Shown here in pieces: positions 1 through 10,059 of a DNA stretch of 64,000 nt. Every line of letters starts with the position of its first letter. The first letter of the stretch is position 1. Made by a program: the position numbers and the translations under genes. This DNA is from Chrysomallon squamiferum (Eukaryota; Animalia; Mollusca), in contig CM022665.1 of the NCBI GenBank assembly GCA_012295275.1, forward strand, positions 29,512,001 to 29,576,000, given 5' to 3'. The notes under the pieces are model-generated. The model searched no databases. It saw only the letters and a list, made by a program, of their open reading frames with translations, and had not been told where the DNA came from.

Positions 1-382
1 TAGTTTTTTCCAGTTTACAAATCTTTGGTTCACTTAATTCTCCAAACTCAAAATGATCTAATATGACTTTAAGAAATTATTACTGTCATTAGTTATGTTC
101 ATAAAATGAACACTGTTCTCCTCAATATCTAACAAATTTTAATTAAATAACCACATACATTTATTTTCCTTTATTATTAATAACATTACACAGACATCTG
201 GGGGTTTATCAAAACATAACCTAACATATTCAAAAACATTTAACACTTACACATTTTGTTGTAAACAATATAAAATAAAATTTACATTTAGAGGGGGGTG
301 TGAAAAAAATAGTTTGATGCTCTAATGATATTCAAAATAAATTGTTTTCTTATTCAAAAACAATTACTAAAGACTGAATAGA

Positions 383-1179
383 CAGGGTTCGTACACCTTG
401 GGCTGTCAGAATTTCCATAACTTTCCAAAACTTTCCATAGCCCACAGATCCAAATTTCCAAAACCATTTTCAAGCAACCTCAATCACAATAAAATGGGTT
501 TTGAAGTTTTCAGACATGTTTGTTAGACTTAAAACTTTTATCGCATGGTATACATGTAGGATTACTATATAAAAACAGTAAAGTAATTTATTTTGGTGTT
601 TCAAAATGCAGTTTTATTCTTAGAGTGGACATGAAGATAATGATATGAAAGGCAGATTGCCAGAAATATGAATACAGAAGTATTGCTTCATAAAAAGTTG
701 TCATGTTCCTTTCTTCTTATTTAATTAATAACCCATGCCTTTAAAATGCTCAAAATCCTACTCCTTATGAATTTGTGGTCTGACTGTTGGACTGTTATTT
801 CAAAATTTATGACCTCAATTTCAACACTTTTTATGCTATAACAATCTTCATGAACTATTAGTTAGTCATTTTCATTGGCTAGGCTATACCTCACTTGTGA
901 CAATAGCTTGAGTTAATATTTCAGGATCAGGATAAAACAGAACCACTACCAAAATGGAACCATTTTCTTCGGCTCATTATATTGGCTAAAACAAGGCGTT
1001 GGGTTGGGGCTAAATCCTGGTGAAAAAAAACAACATTTTATTTACAGCAAGGACATAAATTTCCATAACTTTTCCACAGCCATGGTAATAAAACCCGATT
1101 TTCCAAAATATTTATGGTCCTGGAAAACTGATGAATTTCCTAAATTTTCCAACACTTTCCAAAACATGTACGAACCCTG
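383..1179. mobile_element. Non-autonomous DNA transposon (MITE-like, hAT-type CAGGG termini)
   Basis: Perfect 13-bp TIRs: CAGGGTTCGTACA (383-395) and TGTACGAACCCTG (1167-1179). Flanks AATAGA (377-382) and AATATA (1180-1185) form an imperfect 6-bp TSD. TTTCCA motifs cluster subterminally at both ends. No ORF. Confidence 0.8.
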
Positions 1180-1643
1180 AATATACTTCTTCAAAAACAC
1201 TGATCTATAATTAAATTCTTATAAACTGTTAATTTTAAATACATGATTATCATGTTTCTGTCAGAAATAGAATACAGAATCTATTACATATTATAAACAG
1301 TGTTAAGCTCTGTATAAAATTATTATAAATGTGTTTTAAATAAAACAATCTATAAATATTTTTTTTAAATATTATAATACTAGGGGTGACAACTGTTTGA
1401 AAAGAAAATACTCTTCTAAAATATTTACTGTAAATTGTTCAGGATTTTAAGGTAACTGAGTGAAAATGATTACTATTAATATTATGCAAATTGGATAAAA
1501 AATAAAAAGCTGGATTAAAAAAAGGAATATAAATCAACTGTCTTAATTTATAATGATGTAATTACATAGTAATTATAATAATTAAAAACTTGTTTAAATA
1601 ATCAAACATTTAAGAAATGTAAATACTAAAATGAAGATTTTAA

Positions 1644-1811
1644 AATTATTTTCGTCAGCCAGGATAATATCGAGTCTTTAAAGTGGCTGAAACTGTTAGC
1701 ATACACTGGCACTGCAAGACTCTAGTCTTAGACAGGTGCCCAAACATGCCCAAGTATGCAAGTTACATTCCATTAATCCAGGATCAGATAACGGTAACGA
1801 CCACCATAATT
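1644..1811 (-). ncRNA. Candidate intronic structured ncRNA (snoRNA/scaRNA-like)
   Basis: Folded by eye on the minus strand: closing stem AATTAT/ATAATT encloses three hairpins (GTTAC..GTAAC 1798-1762; GCATAC..GTATGC 1759-1699 with GGCAC/GTGCC and AAGAC/GTCTT inner stems; CAGCCA..TGGCTG 1689-1656). G-U pairs favour the minus strand. CTGA boxes at 1787-1784 and 1658-1655; ACA after the middle hairpin. Lies just after a GTGAGA donor at 1827. Confidence 0.4.
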
Positions 1812-1827
1812 ACACACTACTTCTCAC

Positions 1828-2102
1828 CTTTAGAGTCTGATTTCAAGTTATTAGATGTATCAATTAATGGATAAGTGTCATAAGTGTTAAAACAGTACTT
1901 TCCAGACGCACGCTCTTCAAGATTTGGCCTCGTTATTCAATACAACTTGGACATTTTAGACTGACGACATGCCTGGCTCACTAAAAGCAAAGCCACGAAA
2001 TAAGATTATAACCAAAAAAGCATAGTTTTGATTAACAGCGATATTATTACAGACAATCAACATCAATAAGCAAAGATATAGCTTATTACTTGTGCAAAAA
2101 AG
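1828..2102 (-). other. 5' non-coding exons of a minus-strand transcript running off the left end (possible 5'TOP gene or snoRNA host)
   Basis: TCT/TOP-like start TCTTTTTT at 2103-2096. Donor GTAATA at 2089; acceptor GCTTTGCTTTTAG ending at 1981. Exon 2 has only very short ORFs (MSSV*, MSKLY*). Donors at 1898 or 1827. Confidence 0.4.
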
Positions 2103-2159
2103 ACCTTTTTTACAGCAACATTGCAAACACTTCTACATCCCAAATTTACGACGGATGTC

Positions 2160-2340
2160 TCTTCAGAGCATGCGCGTATAATTTACCCGGATAATGGTGC
2201 TATATTTGGAATGACGTCATTTTGTGAATTGGCAAATCCTTCAGACATAGGTATTTATAGCTTGCCCTTTCTACCGTGTCCTTTACGGACAGCGGCAATG
2301 TGATCAATGAGTTCGCGTGAAATAAATGGAGATAATACAT
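2160..2340 (-). promoter_or_regulatory. CpG-containing promoter region
   Basis: Perfect CRE TGACGTCA (2212-2219), NRF1-like GCATGCGC (2168-2175), CCAAT box on the minus strand (~2228-2232). CpG is visibly retained compared with the flanks. Confidence 0.5.
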
Positions 2341-3970
2341 TCGTTTCTGTAGTTAATGTCATTTTGTTGGTTATAGTGATAAATTTAATAATAAGAAAGA
2401 TATTTGTTGTTTTTATTATTTCCAAAAACGAAAATGAAATGAAATAAATAAATACTATTAATTAAATAAAACAAATTAATGGTGATGAATTACTGTTAGT
2501 AGTGTTACCAAGAATTAAATTTCCGATACCTTGCTATTTCATCTTAAAATTATATCTTTGTATAACTATCTGATCCGATATTTCAGAAAAGGTAGGGATT
2601 ATCACCTATTAACATTAACGAGTTTCATTAGATGAAACATAAGTGGACTGCAGCAGCACTGTTTTAAAAAACCCACAGTCACAAAAATAAAAAAATAAAA
2701 ACCCACATCTCTCACCACCTTTAAATATACAGTACATGTCATCTTTCACTGCCAGTGACGACTCTAATTATATGAACTGGACTGGCTACATGATGTTACT
2801 GGAACAATGCATTAATCAAATTGCCAATTTCTTTTCTTTTTTTTTTGTGTCAGTCTTAAAGGATTAAAATCATGGAAAGATGATTTAACTAATTAATGTT
2901 ATATTTTCATACACCTCACCACTCTAAGATAAAATAAGGTTTTGAAATTAATGGTATAAGAACACATTTTTTTATCCAAAATCATATTGTAGGCCTATTA
3001 TGCTTTTCTTTTGTGTGAATTAAAACTTTAAATTAAAATTAATTTTGTATTAGGTTTCTGTACTTAGTTTGGATTATTTTTTTCAAACACATTATCAAAC
3101 ATTTTTACATGCTAAGATGAACATTGCAAAAATGGCAAAAATTGCTACAAACTGTTTTGACATACTTATGGACATAAAGATTTACTACATAAACTAATAT
3201 ATTAACAGTATTTCACATCCAACATACTAGGTAAGAACAAGGGATATTGACAGTAGCCATGTCACATCTTGTCAGGCTTCAATTTTAGCTATATTTGATA
3301 TTTAAAAATAAAATAATCACTTAGAAATATACAAAATATATTAAGATGACCACAAGTTCACTTTTCAATTATTTTCACTATTCAGGTACATTCAATTTGT
3401 TGTATTTACATCTGCATCTTCCACAATATTCTTGGGCAATGATAATTAAATATAGAAGAAATAGAATTAATTTACTTTACAGTTTTATGTGCAAAACAAA
3501 ATAAATAACTAAAAATCCATATCTACATCACATCTTTATTTCATACAATTCTTTTCATATTCACAAAACAATCAAAATATTAAATTCTGCATTACAGTAT
3601 CTTTCTCTTAAATGTTTTTACTAAGAAAACATTTTTAAAAAAAAAAAAAGAAGGTAAAATGATAATACACAAAAATAATAATACCAACCAAACATATACT
3701 TGTTACACTATTGCAAATTTAACTGACCTCAGTCTTTCTGCATTAAATAAATATTTATAAAAAGGGTTATAAAAAAGTAATTAAACTTGTTTGAAATGAA
3801 AAAATTGCAGAATATATTTTTTTTTGTTTAATGTTTTTTATTTCTTTCATTCACCAGAACAAAATGAAAACACTTGTTGGTTATTTGAATAATTTTTTTG
3901 GTTTATTTTCAGCCTTCATAGTAATATATTATCACACCATCAGAGTAACAGCAATTGGAACTGAACAAAA

Positions 3971-4361
3971 TTACAGTGGTTTGTCATCATGTATTCGTGC
4001 AGATCTCTTCAACACTGATACACATTCTTTACTAGTGTCACTCATATTCTGATCCTTACGAGATGGTATCCCAAGTTTCTGTGAAATGTAAAAAAAAAAA
4101 ATAACATCAGTTAATTTTCATAAACACAGACATTGTTCTAACAATACCCAAACTATATTGAAAAGTAAAGCCTCCATTATGTGTGTAGTTGTCAGCTATT
4201 ATCTGTATCTATGGAAAAACTTGTCAGTTGATCTGTACATTTTATATCATTACTTTTATGGTACATAAAACGTTTCAAATACATTTTGTATATTGCTAGT
4301 TAAGTTTTATTTGCTCTGGTGGTTAATGACTGCAAATAAAGTTTTTAAATGTGTGTGTGTG

Positions 4362-4437
<76 letters not shown>

Positions 4438-4847
4438 GGAAAATATCTGGAGACTTTCAACTTATTATTCAATCCATTTTGCAATTACTTTTATTACGGT
4501 ACACTTAATCATTAATGTAATCAAATCGATAAAGAAACGGGAACGCAATTTCAAATGTGAAAAGCATTTTATCTGTTTATGTCGTAAAATGAAAATAAAA
4601 TAAAATAATTTTTAGACCGAAAATTTGTAACTCTGTAACAGGCTATTATTTTTTAAAACAAATTAAATATCTATCTCTGAAAATCTACATTCGTTTAATA
4701 CGAGAACGATTTTATCCATCACATCTATATATATACAATAATTACCTTCCTCATGCTTTCTTCTGATGGCGTTACTATCAGCATTAATGCATAACCAACA
4801 AATGTGCATGCCCCAAGATAAAAAACAGAACGAAACAGAATTGACAT
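3971..4847 (-). CDS. UQCC3: Ubiquinol-cytochrome c reductase complex assembly factor 3-like (69 aa, 2 exons)
   Basis: Exons 4847-4746 and 4078-3971 (phase 0, GT-AG) give MSILFRSVFYLGACTFVGYALMLIVTPSEESMRKKLGIPSRKDQNMSDTSKECVSVLKRSARIHDDKPL*. The TM segment VGYALMLIVTP matches human UQCC3 VGYALLVIVTP as recalled. Confidence 0.8.
4364..4431. repeat. (AG)n microsatellite in the UQCC3 intron
   Basis: Direct reading; explains the ERERER ORF. Confidence 0.95.
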
Positions 4848-5850
4848 ACTTTTTAGATGAAAAAAAAAAAATGTCCTACAGAAACGAGACAATTCACAGA
4901 ATCAAAAATTAAACAACATAAGATAAGGGAAATAACTAAAATGAATTACCTCCCTTGACCTAACTAAGGCTAATTCCATTCATTTAGGAACAAAATTTAA
5001 TTTTACATTTTAAACATATCGATCGATTACCAAAATTAGGATACTTTATAAAGAACCTATCAAAATAATAAATAAATCAATTAATTAATTTTCCACCAAA
5101 AATTAATTAATTAATTAATTAATTAATCCACACAAAAAAACCCACCTCTATTAAAACATAATATTAATTATAAAATAAAAATCATAAAAATGAACCTAAT
5201 GTATACTTATGAGTAACTAGTAATTGCTCATTTGCTTCATTGTGTTTCAATAACCACCAGCGGTTATTAATCTGAAATAATGTTAAGAACATGCATTAAA
5301 AACACACACACACACACATATATATATATTAGTGTTGGAATACACTTGAACCTGAATTTATGCTGTTGCTGTTACTATTTTTTTGTTTGAAACACTATAT
5401 ATCATTCCACAAACAGCTTATAAAAAATAAAGTGAATCTGTAATTTTCAACATTTGCTAGGAATGTTAAGAAAGGAGATAATTGGGAATAATTTCTCAAA
5501 AAATCTATTACTATTTGTAGATTATTTCTATTATCCAACTGATTAAAAAAAAATGAAACAGAATAACAATATTTTGTTTTAATAATTAAAATTGATTAAT
5601 TGAGTTAAGAATAAGCAATGTGTACATTGAATGCCTGTTAGTTAGTAAATGCTTCAGACATAAAATTCAGTTGATATTTCATCTTATAACTATTAAAATT
5701 AATTGTAGATATAAAGTATAAAATCATTAAAACCATTCTGAAATCATATCTGGTGTCTGTCTATATGTTTAATATGAATATAAATATTTATAAAATTACA
5801 TGAAATATCAAACATTACTGACAGTTACTAATCTGAAATGATAAAGCAAT

Positions 5851-6180
5851 TCAGGGGTTTGTGGAAGCTTTAGCGACAGCCTCATTAAATCGTTCCACAA
5901 AAATTGAATCTGTCTCACAAAGTTTTAAAATTAAATCATTTCTTTGTTTGTCGTTCCAGCTGCTAAACCATTGGGAAAAAAGATTCAGTTGACATCGAAA
6001 TATGCTTGGAGGTGAATTCCCAAAATTCATAGTCTTAATAGCCGACATTAAGGAGCCTATGTGCGTTGGTACTGCTTTGTCTAGCAAATCATTTAAAAAA
6101 TCATCCTTTTGCATCGGACTCCAGTTTTGAAACCAGTGAACAACACATTCAATTTCCTTCTCTGTTGATGATAAAGCCAT
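5851..6180 (-). CDS. C14orf119: C14orf119-like protein (DUF4508 family), single coding exon, 109 aa
   Basis: Motifs HWFQNWSPMQKDDFLNDL..KAVP and PPSIFRCQLNLFSQWF..W are typical of C14orf119/DUF4508. A 5'UTR acceptor (TTTCTAG) sits at 6208-6209. Confidence 0.85.
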   Translation of the reverse strand: MALSSTEKEIECVVHWFQNWSPMQKDDFLNDLLDKAVPTHIGSLMSAIKTMNFGNSPPSIFRCQLNLFSQWFSSWNDKQRNDLILKLCETDSIFVERFNEAVAKASTNP

Positions 6181-6399
6181 TGTGCAATGAACATCACCAA
6201 ATTACTCCTAGAAATAAGTAAACAAGTAAATAAATAAAATAATTATCAAAACACATTAATAGTAATTCAATTTTAATGGTATTAATGGTAAAAGCTATTA
6301 ATAAATAACAAACGTGTGTATATTTTCTAAACTTTGCCGAAATAAAATTAGGAAAATCGCTTCTCTTTTTTGTTTTCTGTTCGCATTTTGACCGTTATA

Positions 6400-6718
6400 A
6401 TTGTTTAATTTACTTTTGTACAACAAAGTGATTTAATAAAGGTTTATCTCAACCAGAAATATAACACAAAATTAATTTCTGCTCGAGAAAATTATTTATT
6501 ATGACCAAAATCTGCTGAGAATAATGTTACTACCGAAATCCGTATTAATAAGCAAGAAAACATTTTACATTTGTAAAAATTAAGTCAACGGAAGGAATGA
6601 AAGAATTATGTCCCTTGTGCATTTGATAACAGTTCAGTTTCGAAAGCTTCCGGAAAGGGGTAATAACTAATTAGGATATTTCATTTAACAAAGTCTATAA
6701 TTACATACGTGCGGAGGT
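6400..6718. promoter_or_regulatory. Bidirectional promoter for C14orf119 and GON7
   Basis: Divergent ATGs are ~540 bp apart. ETS-type TTCCGGAA at 6648-6655, retained CpG, and two AAGGG..TAAYT motifs (6604-6616 minus, 6655-6668 plus). Confidence 0.6.
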
Positions 6719-7366
6719 ATGGATTCTTGTAATGTTGAGTTATGTGTTAATAAACGAAATGGTTCAAAACAAATATTTTCACAGTCAGCAGGTGGAAATA
6801 AAACTACCTCAGACTTAAAAATACTAATGAATTCTCTCTTAAAGTTGCAAACTGAGGTTAATACTGAATTAACAATTCTCGTAGAAAACGAGAAAGCTTG
6901 TTTAAATTCCGACGACAAAAATTCGCACGAAATGGAAAGTGAAGGTATAATATTATTATATAAATGTAATAATTTGACATTAATTTAATGATAATTAACT
7001 TTTTAATAACTTTTTTTAAAAATCGAAAGCATAGATGATAGAACAGCGATTATAATTTAGTACCTAAAAAAGTAAAACATTCATCATTGCTATTTAAGTG
7101 TTTTGATGATTGTTGCATTACATCATTGTGGTTATAATTATTAATTAATATGATACATATCTTTATCTTGGATTCCTTGGAACTTACTTCGGATCCCGAA
7201 AATTTGAAATACTTTGACAAAAAAAAAAAAAAAAAAATCGCTGCCTATCGTACTGTTAAATAATCATAGTGTTTTGCATTTGTTTCTGTTTACAGATGAA
7301 CTTATTGATGACGATGACGATGATGAAGCAAACCTCGAACCAAAGGATAAGAAAGTAAAAAGATGA
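6719..7366 (+). CDS. GON7: EKC/KEOPS complex subunit GON7-like (98 aa, 2 exons)
   Basis: Exons 6719-6944 and 7296-7366 (phase 1). N-terminal beta-hairpin-like region, helix LKILMNSLLKLQTEVNTELTILVENEK (Gon7-type LQ..VN..LT pattern), acidic tract, and a basic NLS-like end PKDKKVKR. Size and architecture match GON7/C14orf142. Confidence 0.7.
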
Positions 7367-9544
7367 CAGAAATTTTTGAAATCACCATAAATCAAAAAAT
7401 TAAATAAACAACATTCAAGGCAGCAAATAAACACATCGACCTCAGATGAATGTTCAGCAAACTACTGTAAACAAAAGAGTAATGAGATTGTGTGGAAATC
7501 AAAAATGATAAAATATGGTTGAATATGCTTTTTGTTGTAGCCGTCACTTTGCTTCCTTGATGCAAATTCTGACATAATGACTGAATGAAGAATGCTGCTT
7601 ATGTCAAAGTCAACAACTGTCATTCACTCATTGTCTGAAGAAAGCAGGGATGAGTTTCTGAGCATGGTTATAAATTGTTATAGCATAAAACATTTTTTGC
7701 ATGTAATAAAATTATGACAGCTCTGAAGTTTTATAGTCATAATAATAAAATTACTAAATGTTACAAATAAATTGGCACAAGTCAAACTTTATTTAGCTGA
7801 GAAGTTAACAGTAATATATCTAATGTCAACTTCCATCATTTTATTTCATAATATTTTCTTTTTTTCTTTTTCATTTAATAGAATACTCTAAGTATCTTTG
7901 TATAATGAACATAGCATGACATGGTTCAAAATCTTTAACATTAGCATTACAGTCACCTTACCTTGTGATAGTATGTGTGACTGATATATTCAAATTTATT
8001 TCATGATGGTGATACAATTCAAAGTGATGTTTCTGTTACAGAACTGATGTGTCATTTTGTTATAAAATTGCAAAGTCAAAGTACAGTTTAAAATTATTAT
8101 TATTATTATTTTTTTTTTAATTCAGACCACTCTGGTATAATCTATGAGCCTAACTGGATACAATTTGCCACTTTCAGCTTACATTTTTAATATTTGTTTT
8201 ATTGAAATCCTGTAATGTTGCATTATTACTGTAATAAAATGCTTTTGCATAATTTCTAAAACAATGTAAGTTCAGAATAATATACGTTAGTTGCAGAATA
8301 GTTAAAACAAAAGTAAAACCTAGCAATAAAAAAGAAGGAAATTGTTAGATTGAAGCCTGATCTTATTTCAAAACAACACTTAACAAAACTTTCCTATGTT
8401 TTATAATAAATGGAAATATATATGGCTGTACTTAACAAAAAAGACAAAAAAAGACAAATGGTAATTATTATTTTGCTGCATGATGTATCTGCTTTTTGCA
8501 ATATATGCTGTTGTAATAAACCAGGCCCACATATTCAGACTTGTTTTATCTTTTGTCACCAATTTAAATAAGAAAATACCATCATAAAACTTGCATATTC
8601 AGAAATACTGTAGCTTCAGCTATGAATATTAAATATCTATAGTCAGTAAATATACTTACTAAATCATTTATATAAAGATTATTTTATAGAGCTGACATTT
8701 CTTTTATTACTGGAACATAATTATTCTGAGTAAAATGTAAACGGTGTATTTTTTTGTTTTTTCATTTGTAGTTAAAGATAGGTTAAAAAGTAAGTAACCA
8801 AATTAATATCTGGCTACAGAATTCGTCAAGGAATGTCTTTAATTTTAAAGTTTCATATATGCAATATATTTAATAGAAAACATGCAATCATGTTTCAGTA
8901 TGTTTATTTGAATACTGATATATAAAATTTGACTATTACTGCATGAAAAAAATTGAAGAAATCACAATAATCAATATTCCTGATTAATATGTTTTTATTT
9001 ATTAAACAAATATAAAAAATGTAATACACTACATCATTGTTTAAAATGTTACATACGGTATCACAAGATACAAAGCTGGTTAACAATGTCAATCTTGCAA
9101 CCTAAAATTAACAAGAAGATTAGAGGTGGTTTATTTTTAAAGAGATTATTGCAAGTAGCTTCATGCATGTATATAAAATAAGATATTTAGAAAATCTTAA
9201 TGGCTGCCAATTCATTCAGATGTTCCTGAAGAGATTACAATTACAAACTGAAAATTAGTTTGTATTTACTGAGTGATCTTTTTTTCGGAATCCTTCCAAA
9301 AAGGGTAAATAAATTTCAGTAATATCAGTTTCAGATTTATATGAAGAAATATTGATATTGTTATAGTAAATTAAAAACATTGTGCATGAAACTACAAATC
9401 AGGTCTTTATGCAGAGATAATTAATATTTCCGAATATGACAAACAATTATATATATATGTGTGTGTGTGTGTGCCTTACTATATCAAGGTCATTACTGGT
9501 GTAGTAAATAATTATAAACAATTTAATATATATCTCTGATTACA

Positions 9545-9575
<31 letters not shown>

Positions 9576-10027
9576 ATGAAATGATGAATAGTTGTAGCTA
9601 AAAATATGAATATATTAAACCCAAAACCAGATTCTTGCATAATTACTAAATAACAACATGTAACAGAAACCTGATCATGTTAAATCACTAAAAGAGATAA
9701 TAACAAAACTTACATTTAAATGTAAACATCAAACAGAAATGAAAACCTAAAATATTTTAAAAACAGTAAATTTCACAATTTATGGAGCTGCTAATATTTG
9801 AGGTAAACTGCATTTAAAAATCTCAAAATGTGAATATATATGTGTAAAATCCAAGTATCATTAAAAAATAAACCTAAAAAAAAACCAAAAAACTTTTGTA
9901 TTAATATGTAGCCAGCAGAAATAAAATGTAAACATTTTTATAATGGTAAATTTCACAAGTACTATTATCCACATATCCAAGAAAATAATAATAAAAAAAT
10001 AAAAAAAATAAATAAATAAAATAAAAT

Positions 10028-10059
<32 letters not shown>

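Noticed and set aside
1652-1843. Plus-strand resemblance to U8 snoRNA ends (TCGTCAG..GGATAAT at 5', GTCTGATTT at 3')
   Set aside because: No box C (RTGATGA), about 50 nt too long, and G-U pairing favours the minus strand.
1683-2303. Plus-strand ORFs 1683-1874 and 2121-2303
   Set aside because: Non-ATG starts, no recognisable homology, and they overlap the promoter and structured RNA of the opposite strand.
1644-2340. Telomerase RNA, RNase P/MRP, 7SK, SRP or spliceosomal snRNA
   Set aside because: No CTAACCCT template, P4 motifs, GATC stem pair, SRP helix-8 motif or recognisable snRNA 5' end.
4293-4508. ER-repeat ORFs (also 33759-34034)
   Set aside because: Translations of (AG)n/(TC)n microsatellites.
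7364-7640. Selenocysteine read-through of the GON7 TGA with the nearby hairpin as a SECIS
   Set aside because: The hairpin lacks the AUGA/GA quartet geometry, the protein ends naturally at the basic tail, and a TAA follows shortly.
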